A DNA stretch of 63,056 bases, the filler included, from Choristocarpus tenellus KU-1152 (Eukaryota > Protista > Phaeophyceae), in the NCBI GenBank assembly GCA_964200185.2. It is 12 parts of 12 records of this genome, joined end to end, with 100 filler letters (N's around TTAATTAATTAA, not from the genome) between each part and the next. Parts side by side here need not be neighbours in the genome. Positions count along the whole stretch, not along the records: positions 47,650 to 51,061 come from CAXNAD020020219.1; positions 51,162 to 53,809 come from CAXNAD020025982.1; positions 53,910 to 56,526 come from CAXNAD020026234.1; positions 56,627 to 63,056 come from CAXNAD020008155.1; 8 more parts are not named here. One strand, written 5' to 3'. Made by a program: the position numbers and the translations under genes. The first letter of the stretch is position 1. Each line of letters opens with the position of its first letter. Positions 51,046 to 63,056 of this stretch are shown in pieces. The notes under the pieces were generated by a model. That model did no database searches, was not told the origin of the DNA, and worked only from the letters and a program-made list of their open reading frames with translations.

Positions 51046-53115
51046 CTGGGGGCCATGAACANNNNNNNNNNNNNNNNNNNNNNNNNNNNNNNNNNNNNNN
51101 NNNNNTTAATTAATTAANNNNNNNNNNNNNNNNNNNNNNNNNNNNNNNNNNNNNNNNNNNNGGGGGGCGGAGACGGGAGAGAGGGGGAGGGGGGGCAAGA
51201 AACGCGGGGAGGGGGGGGGGCGGGGGGAAGAGAAGAGAAGAACCAGCATGGCTCTCTTACCAAGGGGAGGGGAAAGGAGATGTTAAGATCGCATTCTCAA
51301 ACCAGGGTTGGTTGAACAGCACTAACGACATGCAGTGGAGGTTTCTGTGCTCTTGGTAATCACCATGGTTACGAAGACAAAGAAGTAGCAATCGCTATGG
51401 CATTATCATTATTTTTTTTGTTCTCTTTGTACACCGCACGCAAAATATTACTGATCTTACAATACTGTGGGATGAGGCGTTGATGATTCGTGATATATTT
51501 TATTGCGTTTTTCTTTCCTGTGCTTGTAAGGTACATACAACGACAAATATATCTCTGGGTAATACGGTACGATAGTATGATTTTTACATTTGTGTGGAAG
51601 GCATTGGTTTCTTGTTTTCAAGTTTACCCCGGCTATTGCTGGTGAATATACAATAGCAAGGCCATTATTGTAGGTACTACAGGCTCTGCTGATGTGTACG
51701 TTTTATCCTGCCCTGTAGAATGTAATCTCATCTCCCCTATGAGAAAGTCTCTAAAATGTCAGCAGACATGAAGAGACATAGCATGGACCAAACGGCTTTG
51801 CAGCATGTATTATACTATAGAACCCCCGTAAAGTTGAGAAATAACTGCTTCGGCTGATGGTGGTACTGCACCCACATTGGGATTAGTTTGCTAGTTCTTA
51901 ATATTGTTACTTACATGCACATACCTATGTAGTGCATCACAAAAATTAACATAGCTGTATGTGGTGTAATATAGTACTGCAAAGTAGTATAGATACATAA
52001 TTTGTGCTCTCTCTACATACACAGAACAGACTGGTGTTGAAAACTGATGCCTAACAAAGCACTGCATGGGTGCTACATATATATGCTTGAAATCACCAGA
52101 GAGTAGAAGATATATAAACAGGGAAACAAATTAATAATTGTTGCAGGTTGAATGATTCCACACACACACACACACATCATTGGCTAGATTATCAAACTAA
52201 CCCTACAGCTTATGATAAAATTGTATGAAAAAGAAATAATTTTTGTGATGTTTTGGAACAATATATAACCAAATATATTCTACTCCATCATTCACACACA
52301 AGAAGCCAAAACAGAAAAAAAATGCTTGTCTACTGCTCGTTTGCCGCAAAAGATGAAGATTTCATACCCGTTCATGTGATGAAGAAAGGCCCAAACACTG
52401 GTGGTAAACGTTCTCAATGATAATACTGTTCTTATTACAGTACTCTTGCTATCTATTTATATATATTTTCTATTAGTACATATACTAATTCGAAGCACTA
52501 TTGTTATCACTACCGTTATTATTCTTATTCAACATGCAACCCCATATTCGGCACAATAATCTTCCAGTAATTTTAAATGTTGCTCCTTGCAAGTAACATT
52601 ATAGTGTACGTTTCTCACTCCGAAATCTAGGCAATGTACAACCCGTGCTAAGAGTCGTAGCACTTAAGGATGTCAACATATGACTGCAGAATGGTGTTCA
52701 CGACCACCTTAACATCTATGTCAAGGCGTATATTTGACATCGCCATCTTTGCCGCTTCAGAACTGTCGACAGAGAACCGATTTCTGAAACCGGATTTCAG
52801 GGAAATTAAACCTTCTTAAACAGGAAAATCCCCTCTTGCCTGGTATATATATATATATATATAGATACATGTGATGATACTCCAACTTGTCTACCTCAAA
52901 ACATCCATGCAAAGAAAATGTGTAACTAAAATACGTATCTATACAGTAAGTTACCCTGTAGATGCGAAAAACATGAAAAATAAAATAATAATAATATTAA
53001 TAATAATAATAATAAATATCGACTTTTTACAACACCGTACTAAATAAAAACATTCAAACGTCTTGTGTTGCTCTTGACTCTTGACTCTTCACTGTTGACT
53101 CTTCACCTGACTTAC

Positions 53116-53283
53116 CGATTCCAGCTCAGCATTTCCCCCTGCCAATGCCACGAGTTGCTTGGCCAGCCTCTTCCATATCCATTGTCCTGTCTCCAGTCCT
53201 TGTTGCTGCGCCACCTCAAAGGCCTTTGCTTGTCTGCACAAGGCCTCGTTGGCCTCCTCAAGGGATCTGGCAAGCTCCCTTGC
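53116..53283 (-). CDS. Probable coiled-coil protein internal exon
   Basis: ARELARSLEEANEALCRQAKAFEVAQQQG...ELES followed by strong donor GTAAGT. GC-rich island in AT-rich flanks. Confidence 0.45.
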
Positions 53284-53949
53284 CTGTCTAGCACCCCCCC
53301 CCCCCAACCCCACCCCACCCAAAAAGGAGAAGAGAAATGGAAAATGACTTTTTGTTTAAAGTGAGGAATACAACAAAAAGTACATAAATATTTTGTTTTA
53401 TATTAAAAATAATATTGTTATTCTTTCTCTATTTTTATTTTTTTGGGAGGGTTGTTGTAGATGGAACATAAATTCAGATCTGCATTGGAACATAGAAGTA
53501 TAAAGTGGATGGTACGGTTAGGGTTAGGGTTAGGGTTAGAGGGATGTGCGTAGATGACTAAGCAGAAGCAGCAGAGCTGTGTTGATCTCCAGAATTTCTA
53601 TAAAAAATAGTACTGCTATTGCTACAACTACAAACATTTTCAATGGAAAGGGTTTGACCTACAACTTCAACTAAATGAAAAAGTCACTAAAATAAACAAA
53701 ATCAAACACACACACACACAAATAAAATAAAATAAATTCTGAGCAACCCAAGCAACAAAGACGAACCAGCCCCCCCCTTCACCCCCCCACCCCCCCCCCT
53801 TCCTGCCCCNNNNNNNNNNNNNNNNNNNNNNNNNNNNNNNNNNNNNNNNNNNNTTAATTAATTAANNNNNNNNNNNNNNNNNNNNNNNNNNNNNNNNNNN
53901 NNNNNNNNNTTCCTTCCCCCCCCCCCCCTCCCCTTCCACTCTCACACAG

Positions 53950-54678
53950 GTGCGGCCTATCGTTCTTGCGCCTAGTGTGTGAAAGTGTCCCGGGGGGGGC
54001 GCAGATGGTGGAGCAATGCCGAGGTCTGGAAGCAATCGATGACCTTCATTATGGACAGGTGGGGGAGATTAAATGGGATGTTTTGAATAAGCACAATGCA
54101 GTGTAAAATCGGCTATGTCTGCTGTGTTGGGCTTCTTCTATGATTCTATTTTTATTCATGCCTATCAGTAACACTGCGAACAAGTCTGTATACAGGTTTA
54201 GGGTTGGGGATGAAAAATGCATCAATTGAGATGTTTTGAGTGCTTGCTATGAAGTACTTTCACCATAAGACAAACCGAGTGCCCAAGGTGGGTGGTATTC
54301 GGGTTCAAGACCGTTTCCAAGGGGGTGATTTGATGTTGTGTTAAGGGGTGAGTGGAGTACTCACACCGCCCCTACTCCCACAGCCTTCCCATATGACATT
54401 GCCCTCACTTTTAGAGTAACAATGGTAAGCCCCAGGTGGTAAAAGCCTTTACTGACTCTAACCCACTTGTGTGGTAGGTGGAACCTGAACTAAGTGCCTG
54501 TGCAGCCAGCATAGTGGATGAGTTCTTTGGAGAGGACTATGGGGATGGTGCACCAGGGGAGGGTACTGGTGATGGCCACGGGTCAGGTATGGGGGGGCTC
54601 GTTTTTGGCACCCCTGCCACTGCAGGCTTGGGTCGAGGCAAGCACCTGGCTCAACCTGCATGGATGCAGCAAGGCTGA
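53950..54678 (+). CDS. Importin-alpha-like ARM-repeat protein, last two exons
   Basis: Exons 53950-54058 (AQMVEQCRGLEAIDDLHYGQ) and 54478-54678 (VEPELSACAASIVDEFFGED...stop) resemble the last importin-alpha ARM repeat (IEECGGLDKIE.LQ...A..IIE.YFG). Confidence 0.65.
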
Positions 54679-56482
54679 TCATGGAGATGCGGAGTTAATT
54701 GTAGTTTGATTTTATGGTGTTGTGTTTTTCCTTGCTGTATCAAATAGTATTTCCTTGTGTGGATGGTTGACCTGGGGTGTGTGTATGTCTGCGTCCCTGT
54801 ATACACTCTCACCCAACACCCACATTTTGACCTACCGTATTTGCAGGCGAGATCTCTATCCCATCATAGTGTCTCTCCCAGGTCCCCCTGGCCCTCTCAC
54901 TCACCTGTGACAAATCAACTTGAAGATGTTTTATTTGTACGTACACCGTCACCAGTATATGAGTACATACCGCCATCGATTTCTTTCTTAAGTCATGCTG
55001 TTCTACCAATCCTAGAGGTTCTATATATGGTATGCAGAACTACAAGGCCTACTGCTTGCTCTCAAGATTCGTTGTATGTGACTGGTTCAGCTGATGATGG
55101 ACCTTGCTTCAAGGTTTGGAGTCTGAAGTTGAATTGGGGATTTTATATTGTTCATGTTGTGATGTGATGATTCCTTGACGGTTTATCGTTGGAAGAAGTT
55201 GGTCACAAGAGACAGGTTGGTTTGTTTAGCTTGGTGCAGTAGGGTATGTTCATCAAATGTGTGAAAATATGTTCTTTTATTTTGCAAAGGTATATTCTTT
55301 AGGAGTGAGTACTTGACTAACGAGAAGTCAGTAGGCGCATCCCTTGCTTTTTCTTGTGGCAGATTCTATCTTGATTAGCTCTTCATAGTAAGCATTATGT
55401 GAAATGGTAGATTGATTCATTCAGAACAAGGTGGTGTGACTATGACAGTCTTACCACAGAGAGTATCATCATCTCTACTTAAGATACTCATCCTGTTTGG
55501 TGTGATAGTTCTTGAGTATGAGCAAAAGGGCAATGGACATTTTATGTCAATGTCGGACCATCGAAGGATATTTCATTTGTTTTATTTTATTAACGATTAT
55601 TGGAAATAGGCAATAAACAGATGCTGACTGCTTTCAAGCTTTTCATCCCTCTTAACCAGAGGTTTGGTTATCTTTAATTCTACTCTGAACTCATCGGCAG
55701 TTGGCTATTTTGCCTTGGGTGTGAACCTAACTTTGAATAACCAATACTGTTCCATGGCAAATGAGACTGCCAATAACATTGTGTGTACAAATGTTTTCCC
55801 CTTGCTCCAAAAATGGAGACATCATTCCTTGATGAAAGGGAAAATAAAAAGATTGACAAGTCTATCATAGCTAGTGTTCTACAAATTGCGAACTTTCAAA
55901 AAACAAGTGCCCCCCTTCCAATACAGAACAAAAAAAAATTGGAAAAATTTGTCCGACTACTGTAATCATTGCTGCTTGCCGTGTTTGCTGCAATGGTGAA
56001 GGCACGGCGGCGTCGAGTGGAGTGTGATACAAGGCCTATGCACAATGCTGAAAATAACTTCTCAAAAGACCAATTTACACACAATAAGGGTATCATTAAG
56101 GGCAAATACTACTTGGCAATTTGCACCCAAGGACGAAAAACAGGGCTTAATCTTCCTACGAAATACTTCAAAATAAAAACATAGGCGTTTCAACAATTGG
56201 GTCAGATGAATATTAACAAAAACATGTAACAGGCACCAAGAAAAAAATTGTGCAAACTTGACTACCAACCCCAGCAGCAGGGAGCCTACAGTGTGGACTA
56301 CATCTCTCTCCCACCGCTCCTCTCAATATTTAAAAATAGTCCATTAAATCCATGCTCAGCATTCCATGCAGTGTGTGTGCCTGTCAAACTATCGCCAATC
56401 ATTCCATCGAAGTTCATGCACAATAAACTACCGACTGTATCACAACTCTCTCCATTCCAGAACCTTGGGTGTGCTTCCTACG

Positions 56483-56526
<44 letters not shown>

Positions 56527-57866
56527 NNNNNNNNNNNNNNNNNNNNNNNNNNNNNNNNNNNNNNNNNNNNTTAATTAATTAANNNNNNNNNNNNNNNNNN
56601 NNNNNNNNNNNNNNNNNNNNNNNNNNGGGGCATCACTTTGTTGCAAGTATCATTGGTGGGAGTGGTGTTTATTTAGAGAGGGGTGGAAGGCCTCTCCCCT
56701 GCATGTTCAAAGCAAAGCCATTTGATTTGGCCTCCCCTGACTGCATTTGATTTGCAATGTTATGTGTGTTATGAGTCGTGTTGGAGCACTTTGCCTGGTT
56801 GGTGCAGCTAAGACCAATCCCATGTGCGCTGGCCTATCTAAGAAGATCGATGTTGGTGTGGAACTTTGCCGGGGCATGTCCTGATTGTTGCCTGTATTGC
56901 TACTGTATTGCCCAGAGGAAGTATGAAATATGCCTCAAGGGCTCTGATGAACAGTAAATCTACCTATCTGCCTAGGGGTGGTAATGAGAACTCCCTGGGG
57001 ATGGGGATGAGGATAGGGGTTGGAGATGATTCTATTTTTACTTTAAGTATTATAATTATCGATATAAATATATACATACATATTATATACGTTTTGTATG
57101 ACCATATTCCATTCCGTGCATTGGTGAGGGAGGTATTATCAAGAACGTTCCAGCAACAGGACTTGGATGTGTACGTAGACTGTTTGAGGGGATTGTAATG
57201 GAGACTCAACTTTCTTCAAGAGAGCAATAGTTTCTAACTAGTACATCAAATGAGTGTTCATTCTGCGCTTTTTGGGGGGGGGTGTTGTTCTGTTCCTAAT
57301 AGTCATCAGGAAAGTGTGTGTGTATATCATCTTCCTTTGGCGAATCTGTTGGATTTGTGGATGACCGGCCCCTGTTGCGCTTGGTTACTTCAAAAAAAAA
57401 AAAATCAAGGGTAGTAGGAGTGAATGTCCATCCACTTCACCTGTTACACAAGCGATGCTGTGTGCAGGTTAGTATCAGTAGTTTTAGTAGTTTAACACAA
57501 ATATAACTTTTTTTCTATGAAAGTCTGCATTTTATGTGAAGTACGGTTACAAAGAATGGTTTGTTTTCAGGTACACCTTGATTGGTCTTGGAGTGAACTC
57601 AGGAAAACTAATTAAGTTTGTGTAGTAATTGTGACTTTCTTTATTTACAGTGAAGAGGCAGAATTCGTTGAAAGTTCACTACAGTCACACGATGCGCTTT
57701 CTCAAGCAGAGGATTGGATTGGATTGTGTTAGTTCTCTGATCCAATACTCCAGGTGAAAAAGTCAAAATCATGAAGATAACAAAACCACAAACCTTGGCA
57801 CCTTGACACCTTGACCTTAGTCCTAACCCAAACATTGCTGTGACACACACACACATACACACACAG

Positions 57867-58403
57867 AATGGAGTTAGCTCCCTGGATACCTACTTTGAGG
57901 CACTCTATCGAACTCCTAGCTACACAGGAGGGGTTAATGGTACAAGTGTGTATGTACCAAGGACTAGCGGTATTGAAGGGCACCTGCTACAGGAACAGCA
58001 GCAGTGGACCCATGTGATAGATGGACCTACAGGAGCTAGAGTTAGGGTTAGAGAAGGAACTGGCAGAGGCAGTAGCACTGCCAGTGGCAACAACTATGTC
58101 CATGAAGTTAATCTTGAGAGAGGCAGGGGTGTGATTGACCTCTTGAGTGGGGATGAGGAGGAGGAGGAGGACATGGCAAATGGAGTTGGTGACAGCATTG
58201 GTGAGGGTGGTGTTGGGAAGGATGGTGGGGGTGACCATGATGAAAACAAGATGAGCGACATGGGTGGGCTAGTAAATGTCCCCGGTTGTTCTGGAAAAAG
58301 CAATGGTGATGTGAATGATGATGATCCAATTGTAAGCAGCAGCATGGAGCCCCTTCACAGAGGTGGACATGTGTCTTTGAAGAACACCTTTTCGGTAGTA
58401 TAG
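57867..58403 (+). CDS. Probable exon of an unknown low-complexity acidic/Gly-rich protein
   Basis: About 180-codon open frame starting right after CTAAC...ACACAG acceptor, coding-like composition. No family recognised. Confidence 0.5.
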   Translation, partial: NGVSSLDTYFEALYRTPSYTGGVNGTSVYVPRTSGIEGHLLQEQQQWTHVIDGPTGARVRVREGTGRGSSTASGNNYVHEVNLERGRGVIDLLSGDEEEEEDMANGVGDSIGEGGVGKDGGGDHDENKMSDMGGLVNVPGCSGKSNGDVNDDDPIVSSSMEPLHRGGHVSLKNTFSVV

Positions 58404-58989
58404 TGTGAAGTACTATCTAGGCTTTAGGATTGTTTCAATAACTGGTTGAGGTTAAGGTGGGAGGCTTACCTATTTGTACATCTTATTTGTAGAGAGAGGT
58501 TGGGGGGATGGGGAGGAGGCTGTGCATTCCACACCTTTTTTTTAAAAAAAAGGCAAGAAATGAAAAATAGATTAATTTCATTTCGCGTTCACTGTTTCGG
58601 AAGGGGATTCTCCTACACCTTTCAGAACAAGAGCGCAGGTACCCATACTCCATACAAAAAATGTTATTAATAAGCACCAACATCTATCCAAACAGTCAGT
58701 TTGGTTCTATCTTCTCACATGATTTGGATTTGTATCACCTTTGAATGGCGGTAAAGACCTTCATCCATGCTGCAGTGCACTGTGTCATTTTCCAGTGTGC
58801 AGGCTTACACTTCCCTGGGCATAGGTACAGAATTTATGTTATGTAGGGATTGTGGAGTGCACAAATTTGCTCGGACACTGGGAGGAAGACCTCTGAATCA
58901 AACGACTGCTTCAAGCCTCCATGTTGAGTGGTACGATGGCATATCTTTGTATTTTCTTTGTCAATTGCCCCACAGAAATGTCCGAATTC

Positions 58990-59251
58990 GAATCCCAAAG
59001 TAAACGAGATGTATCCAGAGTTTCATTGTAAGGATGCTGCTAAGTACGTGCAAAATTCGACGTTTTATACAGATATGTATAGGATATTTTCTGAATTGTG
59101 TCAAAAAGTCTCAAACAATGGAGAGATCAAACCTCTAAAGTCAAACTTAGCGCTTCATCCATAGAAATATGGGTGAATTGCAAAATATCGAAAAACTGGC
59201 TTTAGGTGCAAAACGACCAAAAATCTGGGCATCTCTCGTTTATTTTGGCTC
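58990..59251 (-). mobile_element. MITE family A, complete uninterrupted copy (about 262 bp)
   Basis: Both TIRs (CAAAGTAAACGAGATGTATCCAG / CTGGGCATCTCTCGTTTATTTTGGCTC). Length equals 4178-4696 minus MITE B. Confidence 0.75.
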
Positions 59252-60576
59252 TTTGTTAAATTAGTCGCTCAAGTTCCTTAAAAAAAATATGAAGTTGGCA
59301 GATAGACCTCCAGGTACAAAATCAAAGGACCCCTTGCAGTTGTACATAGCATTTAACATTGTGACTTTCCATACATGCTCTCGCCTTATCACTTGTAGTA
59401 AGAAAGTGGGTGAAGGAACATTTTGCCGATGTGAATCATGATCTTTACATTTTTACTTTCTTTAGAAATAGATCAAAGGTGGAGGAGCTCCATCTGAATA
59501 CTGAAAGAAAATTTAGGGATATCGGGGAGGGGGGGGGGGGGGTTAGTTCCGCAGTTCACACTTTTGGGTAGTTTTGTTTTTGTATTTGACGTGTACTCTA
59601 GAAAATGTATTTTTAATTTAATTGCAATCGTTTCTAAGAATGAAACCACTCCCAGCAAAATGTTTTGTACTTCAAAATGTGCAGCACATACTCTGATACA
59701 GACAGTCGATCTTCACCAAACGCTGTTCATATTTAATGGATGAAAGGAGCATTCGCTCCAGAACCAAACCAATGTCTCGCCTCTTTTTCTACAATAGTGT
59801 ATTAATTGCGGTAATACCATGAGAGATGCAGCAAATTTTGTCGATAGAATGTCGAGGTAACTATGTATATATTTTTTTGAAAAGTAATTGCCCTGATGGT
59901 TTTGGGGTGTCTAATTATGTCACATTTGAGGAGTATACAGTGTATTGAGGATGTCTCACGCCCCATCCAGTTCATTTCTGATTATGTAGCGTTATGGAAG
60001 TGACAGCTCCATTTCTGTCATGCACATATATTGCAGTTGTGTTTTTATTCCAAAGGGTATATATACTAAAGTAGGGACTATTCTACACACAGGTATATGT
60101 CTTACAAGTATGCCATTGTCTGCAAGAGTCGCCACAGGTTGTGAACACTAGGAAAAATATTCTGCGGGGAGTGTGTGAATTCAAATTGAGTTAAGTTTTT
60201 TTTCAAACAGTCAAACGCTAGTACAAGGGATTGCCTCACTTCAGACCCATAGCTAGATATGAATCATTGCTACAATTGGTGCGGGGTTTGACCGGCTCTC
60301 TTGGTCCTTTGATCTTAGACTGTTTTCGTTGTCTGATCTAGGAACAAATGGTACTGATAGTGTCACGTCAACATCATAGGAATGTACCTTCAATCATGTA
60401 CTCAAAATGGCATATGTTTTCTGTTGAAGAGTTGTGAGCACGTGTCACTGCCCTTTAAGACTATTGTGTGTATGTACCTATACATACGCACATTTCCCCG
60501 TCCCTTTCCAGGCCAAGCTATTTATTTTCGTCTATTGAACTGTCTCATTTCGCCTTTGATGGATTAACGATGAAGC

Positions 60577-60773
60577 TACTGTATAACACTCGTAGGAAAA
60601 GCACTACCCAGAATAATCAGCAAGGAGAAGAAGAAGAGGATGGTATGGATGTGGAGGAGGTAGAAGTCCATAGGGAGAGCGACCACCTTGAACCAGTTGG
60701 TCAGGGAGACACTGTGCAGGAGGCAAGGAGTACCAAAGGAAGAGCCACATATTTTACTCAAGACCAAAATTGA
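60577..60773 (+). CDS. Possible terminal exon, acidic, unknown protein
   Basis: LLYNTRRKSTTQNNQQGEEEEDGMDVEEVEV...stop after an AG. Purine-rich coding-like composition. Confidence 0.3.
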
Positions 60774-63056
60774 TTAAAGGGACTATGTATGTCACAACTA
60801 TTGTGCTGTGGTGGTATACCCTATATTGTCAATATACGAGTATACCTTTTTCGTCCATGGTCTACCACTCTCCAGCTGCATTTATTGTAGTGGTATAACT
60901 GCGGATATCGTCGATCTTGATCAATGTTACGGTGAAAATTGGCCAAATGCATAGAACGTTAGCAATGTTTTGTTATGTGGGAGGCGAGTTTTTCAATGAA
61001 CACATGCAAATCCTCTTGAGACTTGCGTTTCTGACTGTAGGTTGAATCTGGGAGCATGTGCCGTAGGTTGCAATGAGGTTGTCTTACACTGCTGGGAACA
61101 AAAGGTTGTGTTTCTATCACATGATTTTGTAGAAATTTCAGGACAAAACACTCTTGTTAGGTCTCAAGAAGAAAAAATTGCACGGAATACATTAATCTGG
61201 CTTTGACTTGCACTAGTAAAGATATTGTATAAGTTTCAACGAGGGGGGGGGGGGGGGTGTCTGTGAGCGTTTGTATTATTTGTTGATTGGTTGATGTCAA
61301 TGTCAACGAAGTATTTGTAACAGATGTCCCAATGCAGTATATGGCATAATACATGTTGACTACTGAAGTAGTAGCAATATTAGTACAGGAAGAGGGTGTA
61401 CCCAGATAAGAGAGGTCGATAAAAGAGAAAGCGGGATATAAGAGAGGGTAAATTGCCTTGTCACGACTTTTCACACTACAAGAGAAGTTTCGGCGTTTTC
61501 CTCCCAACTCTCTCTAATATCGAGCAAACTTGATTTTTTTTCACTACTTGTTCGAGGGAAGCCAAGCCCCAAATCGACAAACAGGGCCAAAACTCGTACC
61601 CTCTAAGATACTTTCACTCAGAGGCAATGCACAAGGAAATGAGATGTTTCAAAACGCCATGAGTATTATGTACTTGTTTTAGATTTTAAAACCGTAGTGC
61701 TTTCTACTTCTAAACACGAAATCACAATGGTTCAACCTATACAAACGTCCTGTCCCAGTATATAGAACGAGATATCTCCCCTTTCACTGACAAAAAAACA
61801 AATAAATTCTGCCAATAATCCTGCGACATAACGAGATTTCTAAAGAGTCAAAGAACAACGTGTGCTCACTCTAACACGACTCTGTTCCCAAGTTATCTAA
61901 CAACGTGTACAGATAAGCGCAAGGGCATCAATATTCGGGACACATTCCGCGAACATATCCCAATTTCAATGGAGAAAAAGAGGTTAACGACAAGGAACAA
62001 CATTGCAGGAATTTGTCTGTACAAATCATCTTTGTACTTCAAAACAATCCAATATCCAGTAGGCTATGAACTGTAAGGAATTGTTAAGAGCACAAACAGG
62101 TGGATATCTAGCATCCCCACCTTTCAAAATATAACGCTCTCGCTTTGAGCAAGAGGCGCTGCAATAACAAACGAAACACATCGAAGACAATGTGGTTGAA
62201 AAAAATATTTGTTCTTGAATTCAACCAAATGATTCGACATTGCCAATACACTTTCCCTCTGCTCACTACTCTATTACCAGTCACCCAAGACAAAAAGATA
62301 AGAGTAAACCTTGATTGCGTCTTGCACAACTTGAATAATTTGACAAAATATAAAGGAGAAGACATTGTGCTTGATATCATCGGGATGCAGGATTGACCTC
62401 AGCATGTCGTATGCAACAAACTTATTCATTCGGATTGGTATGAAGGTTGGTGATTCTGATTTCCAAATATTGATGTCCATAGATAAGCTCTTTTGTATAT
62501 AGAGCTCCAATAATGAGAACATTTAGGAGTATTGGTGTGTACATTTCTCGATTATTACAAATTTCGTGATGTTAAGGAATTTGCGGATTTCTTGTGTTCT
62601 GTGTGTCAGTGAAGAAGGGACGTATGTCATTCTTATACCTACTGGGACAAGTTGCTTCTATTGGTTGGTGGACTATATTTTTGTTTTAAAAGGAGACAAC
62701 TGCACCTTTCCACATTTTCTCAAATGTTCAAATACTAACATTTTTCAACACCCAATCAGCTTATCTATCCAAGTTTCCCCATGGGAAACAGACAATAACC
62801 ACTCATTTCTTCGTGCGCTGGCTTCTGGTAGGGGCATTAACAAGGGATACTGAATCCCCATCTTGCTTCATTTATGCTCCCTTGTGCCTCATCCCCTCTC
62901 AAAGAGGTTTGCCAGAGCCACAAGAACTAACCAACTTGCGATCAAAGCACACTTTGGACAACCATGTGTGTGTTGTTAAAACCTGAATCAAATGCATCGT
63001 ACATATAACAGGGGATTCTCAAAATTGAGGATGGAGCGGGACTATGAGGATGGTTG

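Noticed and set aside
53516-53540. True telomere
   Set aside because: Only about 4 TTAGGG units, internal to a contig. The same holds for the other short tracts.
61900-62900. Overlapping short ORFs, possible transposase remnant
   Set aside because: No diagnostic motif recognised in any frame.

Overview
This is not one locus. It is 12 short eukaryotic contigs joined by an artificial 100-bp linker (N44-TTAATTAATTAA-N44, stops in all six frames), so adjacency across linkers means nothing. The DNA is intron-rich, full of transposable elements and has scattered (TTAGGG)n motifs. That pattern plus a nuclear, intron-containing, plastid-type ClpP suggests a photosynthetic stramenopile such as a brown alga (inference). 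Spliced genes reconstructed by hand: a two-RRM SR splicing factor head-to-head with IST1, BRCC36 (with a GC-AG intron), ClpP, a kinesin motor exon, an FN3/ARM-like gene and an importin-alpha-like 3' end. Most of the rest is decayed elements: an LTR family with solo LTRs and 4-bp TSDs, a gypsy-like element with a tRNA-Gln PBS, RTE and CRE-type non-LTR remnants, mariner-type transposase remnants, tRNA-derived SINE-like heads, and several MITE families, including a nested pair and one carrying telomeric repeats. Most ORFs in the supplied track are spurious. I found no clear-cut novel multi-gene system. The best leads are telomere-repeat-associated elements, CTAAC arrays at branch-point positions, the chimeric SR protein and composite TE structures.
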